Position numbers and translations under genes: made by a program. A stretch of DNA of 64,000 nucleotides from Octopus sinensis (Eukaryota). The notes below the pieces were generated by a model. It saw only the letters and a program-made list of their open reading frames with translations, was not told where the DNA came from and ran no database searches. The stretch spans positions 23,932,001 through 23,996,000 of the forward strand of contig NC_043021.1 of assembly GCF_006345805.1 (NCBI RefSeq), in the 5' to 3' direction. Below are positions 26,180 through 39,029 of the stretch, piece after piece. Each line of letters begins with the position of its first letter. Within the stretch, counting starts at the first letter, position 1.

Positions 26180-27110
26180 ATATAACGATTTAGGAGTGAC
26201 CCCAACAGGTCACTCGTCCACCAGAAAGAGCAGCCATAACTCACACCGCCAAGTATTATTAATTCAGAAATTAGGTGAAAATTTAAAAACATTTACCCTA
26301 ATTCATCTTTTAGACGTTGCAACGTTTCTGTGTCATTAATGATTAAATTAGCTTAATTAAATTAAATTAAGCCAATCTACCATAGGTTACACTTCATCAG
26401 TAAAGACCTGGGAGAGACAAATATACACGAGGCGTCTGTATCGAAGCCTACGGGATATCTGACTTAAAATTTTCAAGACAGACGTATTCGCGCCAAACTT
26501 ATCAACAGTAAATATAAACTGCCGATTCAATCTCAGAATTATTCAGAAAATTATCATTAGTCAATTAGGGTAGCAAAAAAATTCAATAGAAATTTATCGC
26601 AACCAGCGGCCTGGTGAAAAGAGAAAATAGTCATCGACTAAATATTATAAAATATAACGATTTAGGAGTGACCCCAACAGGTTCACCCGTCCACCAGAAA
26701 GAGCAGCCATAACTCACACCGCCAAGTATTATTAATTCAGAAATAGGTGAAAATTTAAAAACATTTACCCTAATTCATCTTTTAGACGTTGCAACGTTTC
26801 TGTGTCATTAATGATTAAATTAGCTTAATTAATTAAATTAAGCCAATCTACCATAGGTTACACTTCATCAGTAAAGACCTGGGAGAGACAAATATACACG
26901 AGGCGTCTGTATCGAAGCCTACGGATATCTGACGTAAAATTTTAAGACAGACGTATTCGCGCCAAACTATCAACAGTAAATATAAACTGCCGATTCATCT
27001 CACTCCTAAATCGTTATTTATATATTTAGTCGATGACATTTTCTCTTTTTTCACAGGCCGCTGGTTGCGATAATTTCTATTGAATTTTTTTGCTACCAAA
27101 TTGACTAACA
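26180..27110 (-). mobile_element. Tandem ~470-bp pLTR-like dimer with short inverted tail, in (TA)n
   Basis: 26180-26650 is repeated at 26650-27000. 27000-27110 is the reverse complement of the unit junction. Confidence 0.85.
26309..26404 (-). ncRNA. Type I hammerhead (second copy 26781-26875)
   Basis: UUUA-CUGAUGA-A-GUGU...ACAC-A-GAAA-CGUUGCAACG-UC^UAAA; palindromic stem III. Confidence 0.75.
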
Positions 27111-27473
27111 TATATATATATATATATATATATAGTAACAGTAAGATAGGGGTTATGAGGGTAACCCACTATGGGATATCAGTTATCCAATATACTGCTG
27201 GTGAAGCACCCAAATGCCAAACACATAAATGCTTATAATTGCAATGCAATTAATTCATTTATTGCATCGGATGGGCGAAGGTAAAATATTTTACCGTAAA
27301 TTCATAATACAAATAAGAAAATGGAGGAACAAATTCATTTCAATCATCAACTTACAGATATTACTATTTCATATTATTTATTAACTATATAAATAGGAAC
27401 ATCCAAATCGAACAAAACAATATACATCGATATGCAAGATAATAATACCATAAGAATAGTACACATAAAATGG

Positions 27474-27608
27474 TCCTTACAGCTGTTTCAGCCTTTAGAT
27501 AAAAGTATCTCATTCTGCCTATATTAGTCAGATGTATTGAGGTAATATGCAGTTAAAAATGAGTTACTTATATATATATATATATATATCTCAAGGCCTC
27601 GTCAGGGA
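27474..27608 (-). ncRNA. Degenerate hammerhead motif
   Basis: CUGACGA-G-GCCUU...AAGGC-U-GAAA-CAGCUG-UA; stem I is imperfect and the stem II loop contains a (TA)n expansion. Confidence 0.45.
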
Positions 27609-28215
27609 TTATAAAGTACAATTATAAAAATGTAAATATAAATATGAAACAAAATACACATACATTTGGAGATAGATATATATATTTATTTATATATATA
27701 TATATATATATACATAAGAGTATATATATATATTTACATATATATAAGTATATATATATATATATATAATATATACACCATACACATAAGGTTACAGTTA
27801 ATTAATTATATAACTTGAATATACATATACATCCACATTCATGGGTACATATACAATGTCATTACATTACCAATATTATTATTAATATTAATATTAGATT
27901 ATGTGCATTCTGCTCTTCACAATACATAGTAAATGAAAAATACAACATAGAATATAGTATAATATAATATAATATAATATAATAAAATATATAGACAGAT
28001 GTTTATGAAAGATGCAAGCACATTAATTCAACAAACAATGTCAGTATATTCATATATCATACAGTCAAAATCGAGACTTCAGTCTTATTCTGCATACACA
28101 TATATATATACAGGTAACAAACACATACATACGCATATACATACATACGCAAAAACATACACTAATACATATTAATATTAATAATAACGTAAGCATTACA
28201 CGGGAACTTAGTTCG

Positions 28216-28252
28216 ATTTGAAAACCCCACTAGAATGGGAGAAAGCGCTAAT
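28216..28252 (+). ncRNA. Degenerate minimal hammerhead with U3:A8 core
   Basis: AU-UUGAAAA-C CCC ACUAGAAU GGG A-GAAA-GCGC-UA^AU; stem I only 2 bp. Confidence 0.45.
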
Positions 28253-28394
28253 ACATCATCTAGTTATATGATGTATAAAAACATGTAATATACAAATAAA
28301 TATCTGTAAATATAAAACCATCCGGATTTCTGAGTACCTCATTTCTTCTAATATAAAATACCTGTACATCATCTCCAAACCTTCCAATATATAC

Positions 28395-28430
<36 letters not shown>

Positions 28431-28547
28431 GTATGTGTGTATGTGTGTATGTATGTATGTGTGTATGTGCGTATGTATGTGTGTATGTATGTATGTATGT
28501 ATGTATGTATGTATGTATGTATGTATGTATGTATGTATGTATGTTTT

Positions 28548-28785
28548 TTTGAGAGAGCACGTATCCAGCATGAAGAACTTAAGCGAGCTGCACGAAAGCG
28601 CACGGCTCGTATAGTGAATGGGGAAAGCTTGGTCTGCAATGCTTGCAGTCGTGTATGCTTGTCAAGAGCAGGGCTCATTAGCCACCAACGGAGCCGCAAA
28701 TGCAAAATATAAGTTAGTCCTAGAGCGCACAATATTCCTGAAGGTCGGCAATGGTCTTCCTCGGTCACGAGTGGACGGCCATCAT
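28548..28785 (+). mobile_element. RTE-clade LINE 3' end flanked by (TATG)n
   Basis: LKRAARK...CNACSRVCLSRAGLISHQRS resembles the RTE/BovB C-terminal C2H2-like motif; followed by stop, short UTR and TATG tail. Confidence 0.75.
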
Positions 28786-29044
28786 GTATGTATGTATGTA
28801 TAGGTTATGAGAGGCAATGGTATCAAGAAGACCAAAAGGTGTCAGGTAATGCTGAGTGAGTACTATGGACAGACTATAGTTAAGCTCCAGGTTGGGTCAT
28901 TATGCGAACGAATAAGGAGTCCAACGTAGTTCATATATCAGCATGCGTATATATAAAAAATTAACGGAATGAGATAGCAATCCAAGGCTGTGAAAGAGTT
29001 TTGTATGCGTATGTATGTGTTGATGTGTGAAAATATCTATATAC

Positions 29045-29090
<46 letters not shown>

Positions 29091-29285
29091 TTTTTTTTTG
29101 TCAGTGAACAGGTCGCGGATTTTAGCGACGAAAATATTTTGACAAATTAAACTTAATGTTGAAGTGAATCGAACGGCTTTTGTGTGTTTCTTAAATGGCT
29201 TATAAACACCTTCCACGCTGCAATTGTTTTCGTTTCAGCACACGATCTCAGATCAAATCACTTGCTATGCGAGTACATCACCGTA

Positions 29286-29589
29286 ATTAGCAGTATCGCC
29301 CGGCGTTGCTCGGGTTTGTAAGGGAAATAACTATATAAGCATTTTTAGAGAGTTACTTCCCTTATATAAACCGAGCGAAAATCATTAAAAATGCGGAAAA
29401 ATGATGGTAAATTTTTTTTTAAATCGTAGACTCATCGTAGACGCGCGCTAATACTCAGAAGGGCTCGATATGAATCACGACTATAAGATACCGCTTTTGG
29501 TTAAACTGCACCGCAAAATGTGGGAGTAGTTAGGAATCTAAATCGGAGTAGACAGACACACACACAACTTCATTTTTATATATAAAGAT
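29286..29589 (-). mobile_element. Non-autonomous Helitron-like element
   Basis: 5' TCTTTATATATAAAA plus (GT/CTGT)n, and a 3' hairpin CCCGAGCAACGCCGGG followed by CTAAT (CTAG-like). Confidence 0.65.
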
Positions 29590-30249
29590 ATATATATATA
29601 TTCTTCTACTACTAAGCACTGACCTGTCCTCTATGTAACCTTACCCATATTCTCAAATTCTTCATTCCACCATTTTACTACCCTACCCACTCTCTCTGCC
29701 TTTCACTTAGTCTCTATCACTACATGCCTGACACTCCTTTACTCTTTACCCTCTCATCTCTTTACACTCTCATATCTTTCTCTCTCTATCACCTTCACCT
29801 CCCCATTCCTTCTGTCAATTTATCCTGACTGATCACTAACCTGTACACTTTCCCCATCTTCATTTCTTTATTATCTCTCTCCCCGCTTTTATTTTCTTTC
29901 TTTTTTCTGCCTCTCTTCCTGTTTTTTATTTGACCTTCCAAAACCCTTTCTTAACTTTAAAGTCACTTCAAAAAAATCCTGGATTCAGTAACGCCATTTA
30001 CAAATTCCATCAAAATATAAAGTATATTAAATACATGAAATACAAAAAAAATGTATATATGTTTATATACAAAAATGTCCAGCTTACACATAATAGAAAT
30101 AATGTCAAGAATTAAAGCGTAAATCTCTTGCGCACTTCTAAGAGTATTCTATACAGAGAATATCTGATTCTTAGCTAACTGTCAGGCTATCAGGCAGAGC
30201 AACGTTTTGAAACTTGAAATCCATCACAATATATTTCAACTCTGCGGAA

Positions 30250-30760
30250 ATTTTATTCATCAAATTAAGTACCATTACAATCAACACAGTTTTTCCAACG
30301 TGTTACAAGTTTGTTTATTCCGGTAACATATAAATCTGGAGTTCTGGAGCTGAGGAACACTTTGTATGCACTTACAGCATCGGTTTGATTTTCGAAATCC
30401 TTCTCAGGCAGGAAACCATCAAGGTGCTTGAAAAAGTAGTAGTCGTTACGAGAAAGGTCGGGGGGAATAAGCTTGATAAAACAAACTTCGTAGCGAGGAC
30501 GCCCCCGCCCCCAACTTCTGGAGCGTCATTATGAAGAATGATTGGTCCACTTCTGTTGATCTGTTTGGGATGGAGTCAATTTCACGGCAATATGTTTCTG
30601 CAGAAACGGTTTAAAAAGTTATAGTAGATGATTCCAGTAGTATACTGGCAAACGGTTACCATGAGCTACTTTTTGAAGAGTTTGGATTTAGGGAAGATTT
30701 TCAGTGCTTCATTTTGGTCCAACCACTGCGAAGAACGTTTCTTATTATTGTACAGAATAC
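30250..30760 (-). mobile_element. Degenerate mariner transposase C-terminus
   Basis: AYSPDLSRNDYYFFKHLDGFL...GINKLVTRWKNCVDCNG read on the minus strand. Confidence 0.7.
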
Positions 30761-31268
30761 TTGTTGACCAGTGTAATATATCATTTGGATAAAGTTACAA
30801 CAAGGTTTGGTTTTCACGATTGCTATTACTGAATTTTAGGGAACTCTACATTGGCGAGTCAGGGAATGCAGTTCTGTAAATCACCTATTATTTTACTCCG
30901 TTAGCACAAGTTGAAAGCGGGCTAGGGAATCAATCAGATATCGAAAGAAAGGTTAGCCATAATTCGATGATCGATTTCAGGCTATGGGAAGCAAATACCA
31001 TATGAACAAATTTGTATATATAGATATCTACATATATATTCTTTGGCGTCCATACTTATGGCAGCAATGAGAATTTGCTTCCTTTAGCCAAAAGTCGATC
31101 ATCGATCTACGGGTAACATTTCTTTCGATATATGATTGATTCACTCGCCCGCTTTCAAACTGTGTTAATGGAGTAAAGTAATTAATGTTTTATAGAGGTT
31201 TTAGTGTTTATTTCAAGCATATTGGTGTGTCTACGCACATACTTGTGCTATAATTATATCTATAATTA

Positions 31269-32541
31269 CGAGTGACGTTCAATAAATAATGCCTCTGACC
31301 CACTTGCAGTTATTTGATCTACCTGAAATTTTGCATGTGCAATTATTTATATCTCTATAGATTACAGTTCTGAACTAATTGTGGTTTCTGATTTACAGGT
31401 GTTTGAACTGAGTCAAGTGTGAAATGGAGCCTGTTGAGTGTCGAGCAGTGATCCGGTTTTTGTATTTGAAAGGACTCACACCACGGGAGACTTTTGATGA
31501 AATGAAAGTAACTTATGGTGATGATGCCCCATCATATGACCTTGTAAAACGCTGGCATCGTGAATTGAAACATGGTCGGAACTCTGTGGAAACAGCTCCT
31601 AGATCTGGTCCCCCCCTTCTGCCATTGATGAGGCATCTGTCCGTCAAGTTGAGGCTGCCATTTTGGAAGATCGACGCATAACTATTCGCCCAATAGCCCA
31701 TGAGGTCAAGATTAGTACCGGGTCTGTGGAAACTATCATTCATGACCATTTGCATATGCAAAACGTCTCTGCCAGATGGATTCCCAGGTTGCTCACACCT
31801 TTCCAGAAGCAAGAACGCGTCGAGTGCTCGAGGATGAATTTGGAGATATGTCAAGAAGATGAGTCAAATTTTTTCAAAAGACTGATTACACAGGATGAAA
31901 CCTGGGTCCATCACTATGATCCATAGACCAAAGCCCAGTCAATGCAGTGGAAGCAACGTGACTCACCTCCTCCAAAGAAGGCAAGGGTGCAGCCCTCCGC
32001 TGGCAAGGTCATGCTCACAGTCTTCTGGGACCAGGACGGAGTAGTGATAACAGATTTCCTGGTAAAGGGTACCACAATTACAGGAGCCTATTATGCTTCA
32101 CTTTTGAGGAAATTAAGAGAAGCTATCAAAATCAAGAGGCGGGGCAAGATCAGCAAAGGCATCCTCCTCCTGCAGGACAACGCTCCGATCCACAACTCGC
32201 GTGTCACCAGATCAGAAGCACAGGCGTGCGGCTATGAACTCCTCCCCCATCCTCCCAACTCTCCTGACCTTGCACCCCCTGATTTTCACCTCTTCCCAGC
32301 CATGAAGTTGTTTCCCAGCGTTTCCCAGATGATGCAGCCTTGATTTCTGAAGTCACGTCGTGGTTGGAGGACCAAGCTGGGGTCTTCTACAAAAACGGTC
32401 TTCAGAGTTGCATCAAACGATGGGAGAAATGCGTAACTCTGGGTGGTTCCTATGTAGAAAAAGACTAATAACTGTGCCAAGTTTCGTTGCTCTACTGCTA
32501 TGAGAAGTGGGTTAGGGGCATTACTTATTGAATGCCCCTCG
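31269..32541 (+). mobile_element. Mariner (DD34D) element, defective
   Basis: TIRs CGAG.G.CGTTCAATAA.TAATGCC with TA TSD; motifs WIPRLLT, QDETWVHHYDP, QDNAP, SPDLAP; frameshifts. Confidence 0.93.
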
Positions 32542-32807
32542 TATATCTACATGCTAGCTATTTGATAGAATCATTAAATGGTTTGTCCATCAATAATTAA
32601 TTAATTGATTAATTAATTATATATAAATAGATGTATAATTTACTACCGATCAATTTAATATTTAGTGCGTCATTTATTTTGGTTGAAAAAGCACGTGGTT
32701 TGTGGTGAAGAAATTAGATTTGGAAAAGTCTATACATGTGGATGTGTGTATATATACCAATGGATACAAGCTTGTTCATATGGTATGTATAGATATCTAC
32801 ATATATG

Positions 32808-32869
<62 letters not shown>

Positions 32870-32876
<7 letters not shown>

Positions 32877-34520
32877 AAACAAGTCAAAAATAGAAAATGC
32901 TAAGATGATTTTATAGTGAATCTTTCAGTACCGGTTTCGGTCATTTTGAGACCTTTTCAACTGTAACGATTAAATAATTAAATTTAGAAAAATTAGAAAA
33001 ATTAGAAGAAAGGTTTTTTTTAAAGGAATACTTCCATAGTAGTGTTCAGATATAGGTGGCATTCTGCCTTTCTCTGACTCCCTTGTTTGCACTTGTGTAT
33101 TCGAGGTCGTTGTGAGTTCTTGAGGGGGTGGGAGTGGGAAAATCTGGGCTGGTCAGTGGCGACCGGCAGTCGCTGCGTAGGCGTTATACTTAAAGACATT
33201 AGTGACATGGTTGAGGGGTAGAAGGTGGAGAAGTAGAAGAAGAAGAAGAAGATGACGGTGCCGATGATGATGACGATGAAGAAGAAGAAGGAGAAGGAGA
33301 AGATGACGATGATGATGGTGGTGATGACGATGACGACGATGATGATGATAATGATGATGATGAAGAAGAAGAAGAGGAAGAAGAAGAAAAAAAAAACAGA
33401 GAAGGGAGAATATGAATGGGTGAAGATATAGCTGTGATGGGGCGATTAGTAATGGATTCTATGGAATGTAATATTTGTGTGTGTATATATATTTCTTTTA
33501 TTCTTAAGTTGAGGTATATTAATTGTTTGTCGTAGACCCGTTAAGAAGTGGCCTGTATTTTATAATAAAGAGATTTTCTTTACTTATTCGTTGTCTCGAG
33601 GTTGTATCGTCCCTAAATTGGTAGAGGGGAAAAATTCTGAAGTTTGGTGTTTTTTTGTTGGCGCAAGTATCTATGTGTTGGCTAAAAGCTATTTTTCTGT
33701 TTTGGGGAATTTTTATCTGGGATTTGTGCAGGGCCATTCGTTTACGCAAACCATTTTTTGTTTGGCCTATGTACTGCTCTTGACACCCGGAGCAGGTTAG
33801 TGAGTATATTAGGTTCTCCGAAGCACATGTGAAGTTGCTTTTCACTGTAAACCGTTGTCCCTGTTTGAAGGAGAACTCAGAACCCTCGATTAGATAGTCG
33901 CATATCCCGCAATTGGTCTTCCACATTTTTTTACTGTCGGCTTCTGTGTTGAAGAGTGAATTCGGGCTTGTGTTAGGAGACTTTTCATGGATCTAGGCTG
34001 TCTTTTGCTTTTTATGATCGTGTGTGTTTGGAGGATTGTGTTCATTCTGTGGTCTTTTTTTAGGAGGGGTATGTTGTGGAGGATGGTGCCGAAGGCTTCG
34101 TTATTGAGAGGGTTGTGTGTGGAGATGTATGGTAAGGCTTTTTGTTGTAGGTTTTTCTTTGATTTGGGATGTCTCAGTTCCTTGATGTTAAGTTGAAGGG
34201 CACGTTGAATGCACTTGTCAATAAGTGAAGGTGGATAGTTCCTGGTGATAAGGGTATCTTTTAGTTCTTGTAGTCGTGTGTCTCTGGTGTTTGCGTTAGA
34301 GACTATAGTGCATATCCTTTTTGCTAGATTGAAGGGGATATTCATCCTCGTGTGTCTGGGGTGGCATGAATTGAATGGAAGATATTGCTTAGAGTCTGTA
34401 GGCTTATAGTATATGCCTGTTTCTATTATATTATTAGCTTTCTTAATGAGGATATCGAGGAAGGGAAGTTGTTGCTGGCTATATTCCATCGTGAATTGGA
34501 TGTTTACGTCCAGCCCGTTT
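32870..34520 (-). mobile_element. 5'-truncated Penelope element (RT C-terminus, linker, GIY-YIG endonuclease, 3' pLTR)
   Basis: LPFLDILI, IYYKPTDSKQYLPFNSCHP, NLIYSLTC..C...YIGQT...RMALH, KENLFIIKYRPLLN; one frameshift near 33900. Confidence 0.9.
32926..32963 (-). ncRNA. Minimal hammerhead with U3:A8 core in Penelope 3' pLTR
   Basis: CAG-UUGAAAA-GGUC UCAAAAU GACC-GAAA-CCGG-UA^CUG, on the same strand as and downstream of the Penelope ORF. Confidence 0.75.
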
Positions 34521-34577
<57 letters not shown>

Positions 34578-34812
34578 TTTGGTGTCCCATACTGATGTGA
34601 GCACGGGGAATTTGGTTCCTTTAAAAAAATCGATCATCGATCTATGGGTAACCTTCCTTTTGATATCTGATTGGTTCACTAGCCCACTTTCAACCTGTGC
34701 TGACGGAGTAAAATAATAGATGGTTTATAGAGCTTTCAGCGTTTATTTCGAGCATGTTTATGTGTCTACGCACATCCTTGTGTTATAATTATATCTATAT
34801 AATTATATATCA

Positions 34813-36386
34813 CTTCTATATATAAGAGATGAGGAATTATGTACATTATTTACATTATTTACATTTGACGAATGTTTGTCCTCATCTTGTTTGTTGTTTC
34901 GGCTGATATACGAGGAGCGTTCAATAAGTAATGCCTCTGACCCACTTGCAGTTGTTTGATCTAGCTGAAATTTTGCATGTGCAATTATTTATATCTCTAT
35001 AGAGTAAGTGGCAAATTACAGCACTGAATTAATTGTGGTTTCTGATTTACAGGTGTTTGAACCGAGTTAAGTGTTAAATGGAGCCTGTTGAGTGTCGAGC
35101 AGTGATCCGGTTTTTGTATTTGAAAGTACTCACACCACGGGAGACTTTTGATGAAATGAAAGTAACTTATGGTGATGATGCCCCATCATATGACCTTGTA
35201 AAACGCTGGCATCGTGAATTGAAACATGGTCGGAACTCTGTGGAAACAGCTCCTAGATCTGGTCCCCCCCCTTCTGCCATTGATGAGGCATCTGTCCGTC
35301 AAGTTGAGGCTGCCATTTTGGAAGATCGACGCATAACTATTCGCCCAATAGCCCATGAGGTCAAGATTAGTACCGGGTCTGTGGAAACTATCATTCATGA
35401 CCATTTGCATATGCAAAACGTCTCTGCCAGATGGATTCTCAGGTTGCTCACACCTTTCCAGAAGCAAGAACGCGTCGAGTGCTCGAGGATGAATTTGGAG
35501 ATATGTCAAGAAGATGAGTCAAATTTTTTCAAAAGACTGATTACACAGGATGAAACCTGGGTCCATCACTATGATCCAGAGACCAAAGCCCAGTCAATGC
35601 AGTGGAAGCAACGTGACTCACCTCCTCCAAAGAAGGCAAGGGTGCAGCCCTCCGCTGGCAAGGTCATGCTCACAGTCTTCTGGGACCAGGACGGAGTAGT
35701 GATAACAGATTTCCTGGCAAAGGGTACCACAATTACAGGAGCCTATTATGCTTCCCTTTTGAGGAAATTAAGAGAAGTTATCAAAATCAAGAGGCGGGGC
35801 AAGATCAGCAAAGGCATCCTCCTCCTGCAAGACAACGCTCCGGTCCACAACTCGCTTGTCGCCAGATCAGAAGCACAGGCTTGTGGCTATGAACTCCTCC
35901 CCCATCCTCCCTACTTTCCTGACTTGCACCCTCTGATTTTCACCTCTTCCCAGTCATGAAGTTGTTTTTGAAAGGAAAGCGTTTCCCAGATGATGCAGCC
36001 TTGATTTCTGAAGTCGCGTTCAGGTTGGAGGACCAAGCTGGGGTCTTCTATAAAAACGGTCTCCAGAGCTGCATCAAACAATGGGAGAAGTGCGTACCTC
36101 TGTATGGTTCCTATGTAGAAAAAGACTAATAACTGTGCCAAGTTTCGTTGCTCTACTGCTATGGGAAGTGGGTCAGGGGCATTACTTATTGAACGCCCCT
36201 CGTACCCCCCAGCCTCCATCAGGTGTCTTGGGAAAATTTCGAATCAGGGTTCCCAACGAGCTAGCTTTTTTTAAACCCAGGTTCGAAATTTCCCCAAGAA
36301 ACCTGGTGAAGGTTGGAGGGTATATCAGCCGAAACGTTGTGTTAACCACAAACAAGATGATGACAAATATCCATTAAATATAAACA
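34813..36386. mobile_element. Inverted Penelope pLTR pair with 16-bp TSD, interrupted by a mariner
   Basis: ATATAATTATATATCA at 34797-34812 and 36387-36402. Inverted arms at 36218-36340 carry hammerhead pieces (CTGGTGAAGGTTG...CAGCCGAAACGTT). Confidence 0.6.
34911..36202 (+). mobile_element. Mariner element; transposase ORF 35078-35959 frameshifted just before the third catalytic Asp
   Basis: TIRs and TA TSD; ...PPYFPDL then out of frame instead of YSPDLAPSD. Confidence 0.93.
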
Positions 36387-37382
36387 ATATAATTATATAT
36401 CAGTATAAATATTTTCGTAAATGGAGTTAAGAAGGTTGCTACTTGATAGAATCGTTAAATGGGTTTGTCCTCCATTAATTAATTAATCGATTGATTAATT
36501 ATATGTAAATATGTACATAAAAGAGTAGTATAAAACAGGGATTCAGAGAATCGTGTGGCTATTACAGTAATCTCCTAGGAACTCAGCTTTCGGTTCACAT
36601 ATTACTTAATTACAAATTAACGAAATGATACCTGTACAACTGAAAATCCAGGAAATACGAGCTATAAATTACTCGACAAAGAACATATAAACGGTATGAG
36701 AGCTGAACGTAGATTTACTTCACCATGTGAGATCCATACGCTTACAACCGTTTCCCAACTTCTGTTGTATTAATCTCAGAGTGCAGAACATTATAAGTAC
36801 ATGTTAGTATTAGTATTGGTTTCAAATTTTATCACAAGGCAAGAAACGTCGAGGGACATGGGGTAAGTTGATTAGATCGTCTTCGGTGCTTAAACAGATA
36901 TTTTTTTATTGACCTCGAAAGGATGAAAGGCAAAGTTGACCTGGGCGGAATGTGAACTCAGAACGTAAAGGTGGATGAAATACCGCTAAGCATTTCTCCC
37001 GGCATGGTAGCGATTCTGCTAGCAATTCTACTTCTTCTTCTTCTTCTCTTCTTCTTCTTCTTCTTCTTCTTCTTCTTCTTCTTCTTCTTCTTCACACATT
37101 CTTTTGTATTTTTACATACATATTTTATATATTTTTCCATTTTGTGTGTATTTTTTGTATGTATTACTTGTAAGGAAAAATCCTTTGCTGCTTAAGCAAC
37201 CAGTAAAAAATGCATGTTTCAGTTTGAAAACGGATACTTGAAGCTCAAAACTCATATTAGAGTAACACACTGCAAACATTATTAAGATTAGAAAAAAATT
37301 ATCCCCACCAAAAGCCATCTCTACTCATTTTTTCAAATATATAAAAAAATGTACTAAGAACTTTCTTTTTATTTTTCTACTA

Positions 37383-37417
<35 letters not shown>

Positions 37418-37433
37418 ATATATATATATAATA

Positions 37434-37471
<38 letters not shown>

Positions 37472-37687
37472 CTTATAAATAAGGGCAAAGGAAAAAAATT
37501 TCTAATGCCAAATATAAGACACATTGTTGTCCATAACCATATAATTTACCACAATACGCACGCTACACGAAAAAGGTCGACAGAAATTTCTAAAAAGATA
37601 CCGTTAACCTTTAAAGGTATTTTTTAATATGCTGGCCATTGATAATTTGTTTGTTTGTTTCGAAAACATGTTATGCTATATTAAAAA

Positions 37688-37741
<54 letters not shown>

Positions 37742-37752
37742 GTATGTATATG

Positions 37753-37784
<32 letters not shown>

Positions 37785-37940
37785 CCTATCTATCTATCTG
37801 TCTGTCTATCTATCTATCTACTTATCTATCTATCTACCGATCTATCTATATGTATGCCTATCTATCTAACTATTTATCTATCTACCTAGCTATCCATCTA
37901 TCTAAATATCTATATATCTATCTATCTATCTATCTATATA

Positions 37941-38040
<100 letters not shown>

Positions 38041-38126
38041 TATATATATATATAAATTATATATATAATATATATATATATATGTATATGTATGTATGTA
38101 TATATATACATATATATATATATATG

Positions 38127-38158
<32 letters not shown>

Positions 38159-38585
38159 TGTATGTATGTATGTATGTATGTATGTATGTATGTATGTATG
38201 TATATAGGAGGGGTGTTGAAAAGTTCCTGGCTTTGGGTAAAAGAAAATGCACGAGGATCAGTTAATTAGGATTTTATCCAACATATTCCCCTTTCAGATT
38301 CACACAATTAGGGCAGCAGTCCTTCATTTTTTTCTAAACCCCATGAAAGAACTCGGAACGCAAGGCCTCCAGTCAGGCCTTTCATGGCTCCCTTAAAACC
38401 CGAAGCCTTCACTCACACTCTTTTCCCCTCTCCTTCCTTTCCGTTTCTGTCTCTGTCTGTCTGTCTGTCTATCTCTCAATTTCTCTCTTTCTATCATTAT
38501 CTCTGTCTGCCTCTTACCCTTCCAGAGTAGTGTGCATGTGTAAGTAGAAGCAGACGACACACACACATCTGAAATACTAACCAGT

Positions 38586-38613
38586 TGACGTCAGCTGTAG
38601 CGGACTATAAAAA
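38586..38613 (+). promoter_or_regulatory. Core promoter of gene B: CRE (TGACGTCA 38586-38593), overlapping E-box CAGCTG, TATA box (TATAAAAA 38606-38613)
   Basis: Perfect motifs 78-105 nt upstream of the ATG of the signal-peptide exon. Confidence 0.65.
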
Positions 38614-38690
38614 CAATAGATTGGAGAAAGAAGACACTGACAGCGTTGCGCGATATTGACATTTAAGTGAACAGAAAGGTAAAGGAAAAC

Positions 38691-38838
38691 ATGTGGAAGT
38701 ACTTCACTGCTCTTTTGATATTATTGTTGTTTAAAATCGAAGATGTTGCCAATCAAGAAAAATTACCAAAGCCAGGTTCTAATCCAGATCAAGGTAAACC
38801 AGACAACGCTCCAGCAGATCCTATTTCAGCACCACTTG
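38691..38838 (+). CDS. Stanniocalcin-like gene B, exon 1 (MWKYFTALLILLLFKIEDVA signal peptide plus Pro-rich linker)
   Basis: AAAACATG start context, hydrophobic h-region and donor G|gttagt (phase 1) matching the exon 2 acceptor. Too short for the ORF track. Confidence 0.78.
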
Positions 38839-39029
38839 GTTAGTTTCTTCATTTATTGGTATGTGTGGGAATTTCTTTATAATCCATTTTACCCTTTTAA
38901 CTACGGAAATCAGGCATGTTTACTCAGAATTTTCTTATCCTTAACTGCGAGAGGCAGATTTATCTACCTATTTATTTTTTGTTGAAGAATGACATGATTG
39001 AAGCTATTTTTCTCAAGTTTATTTTGATG

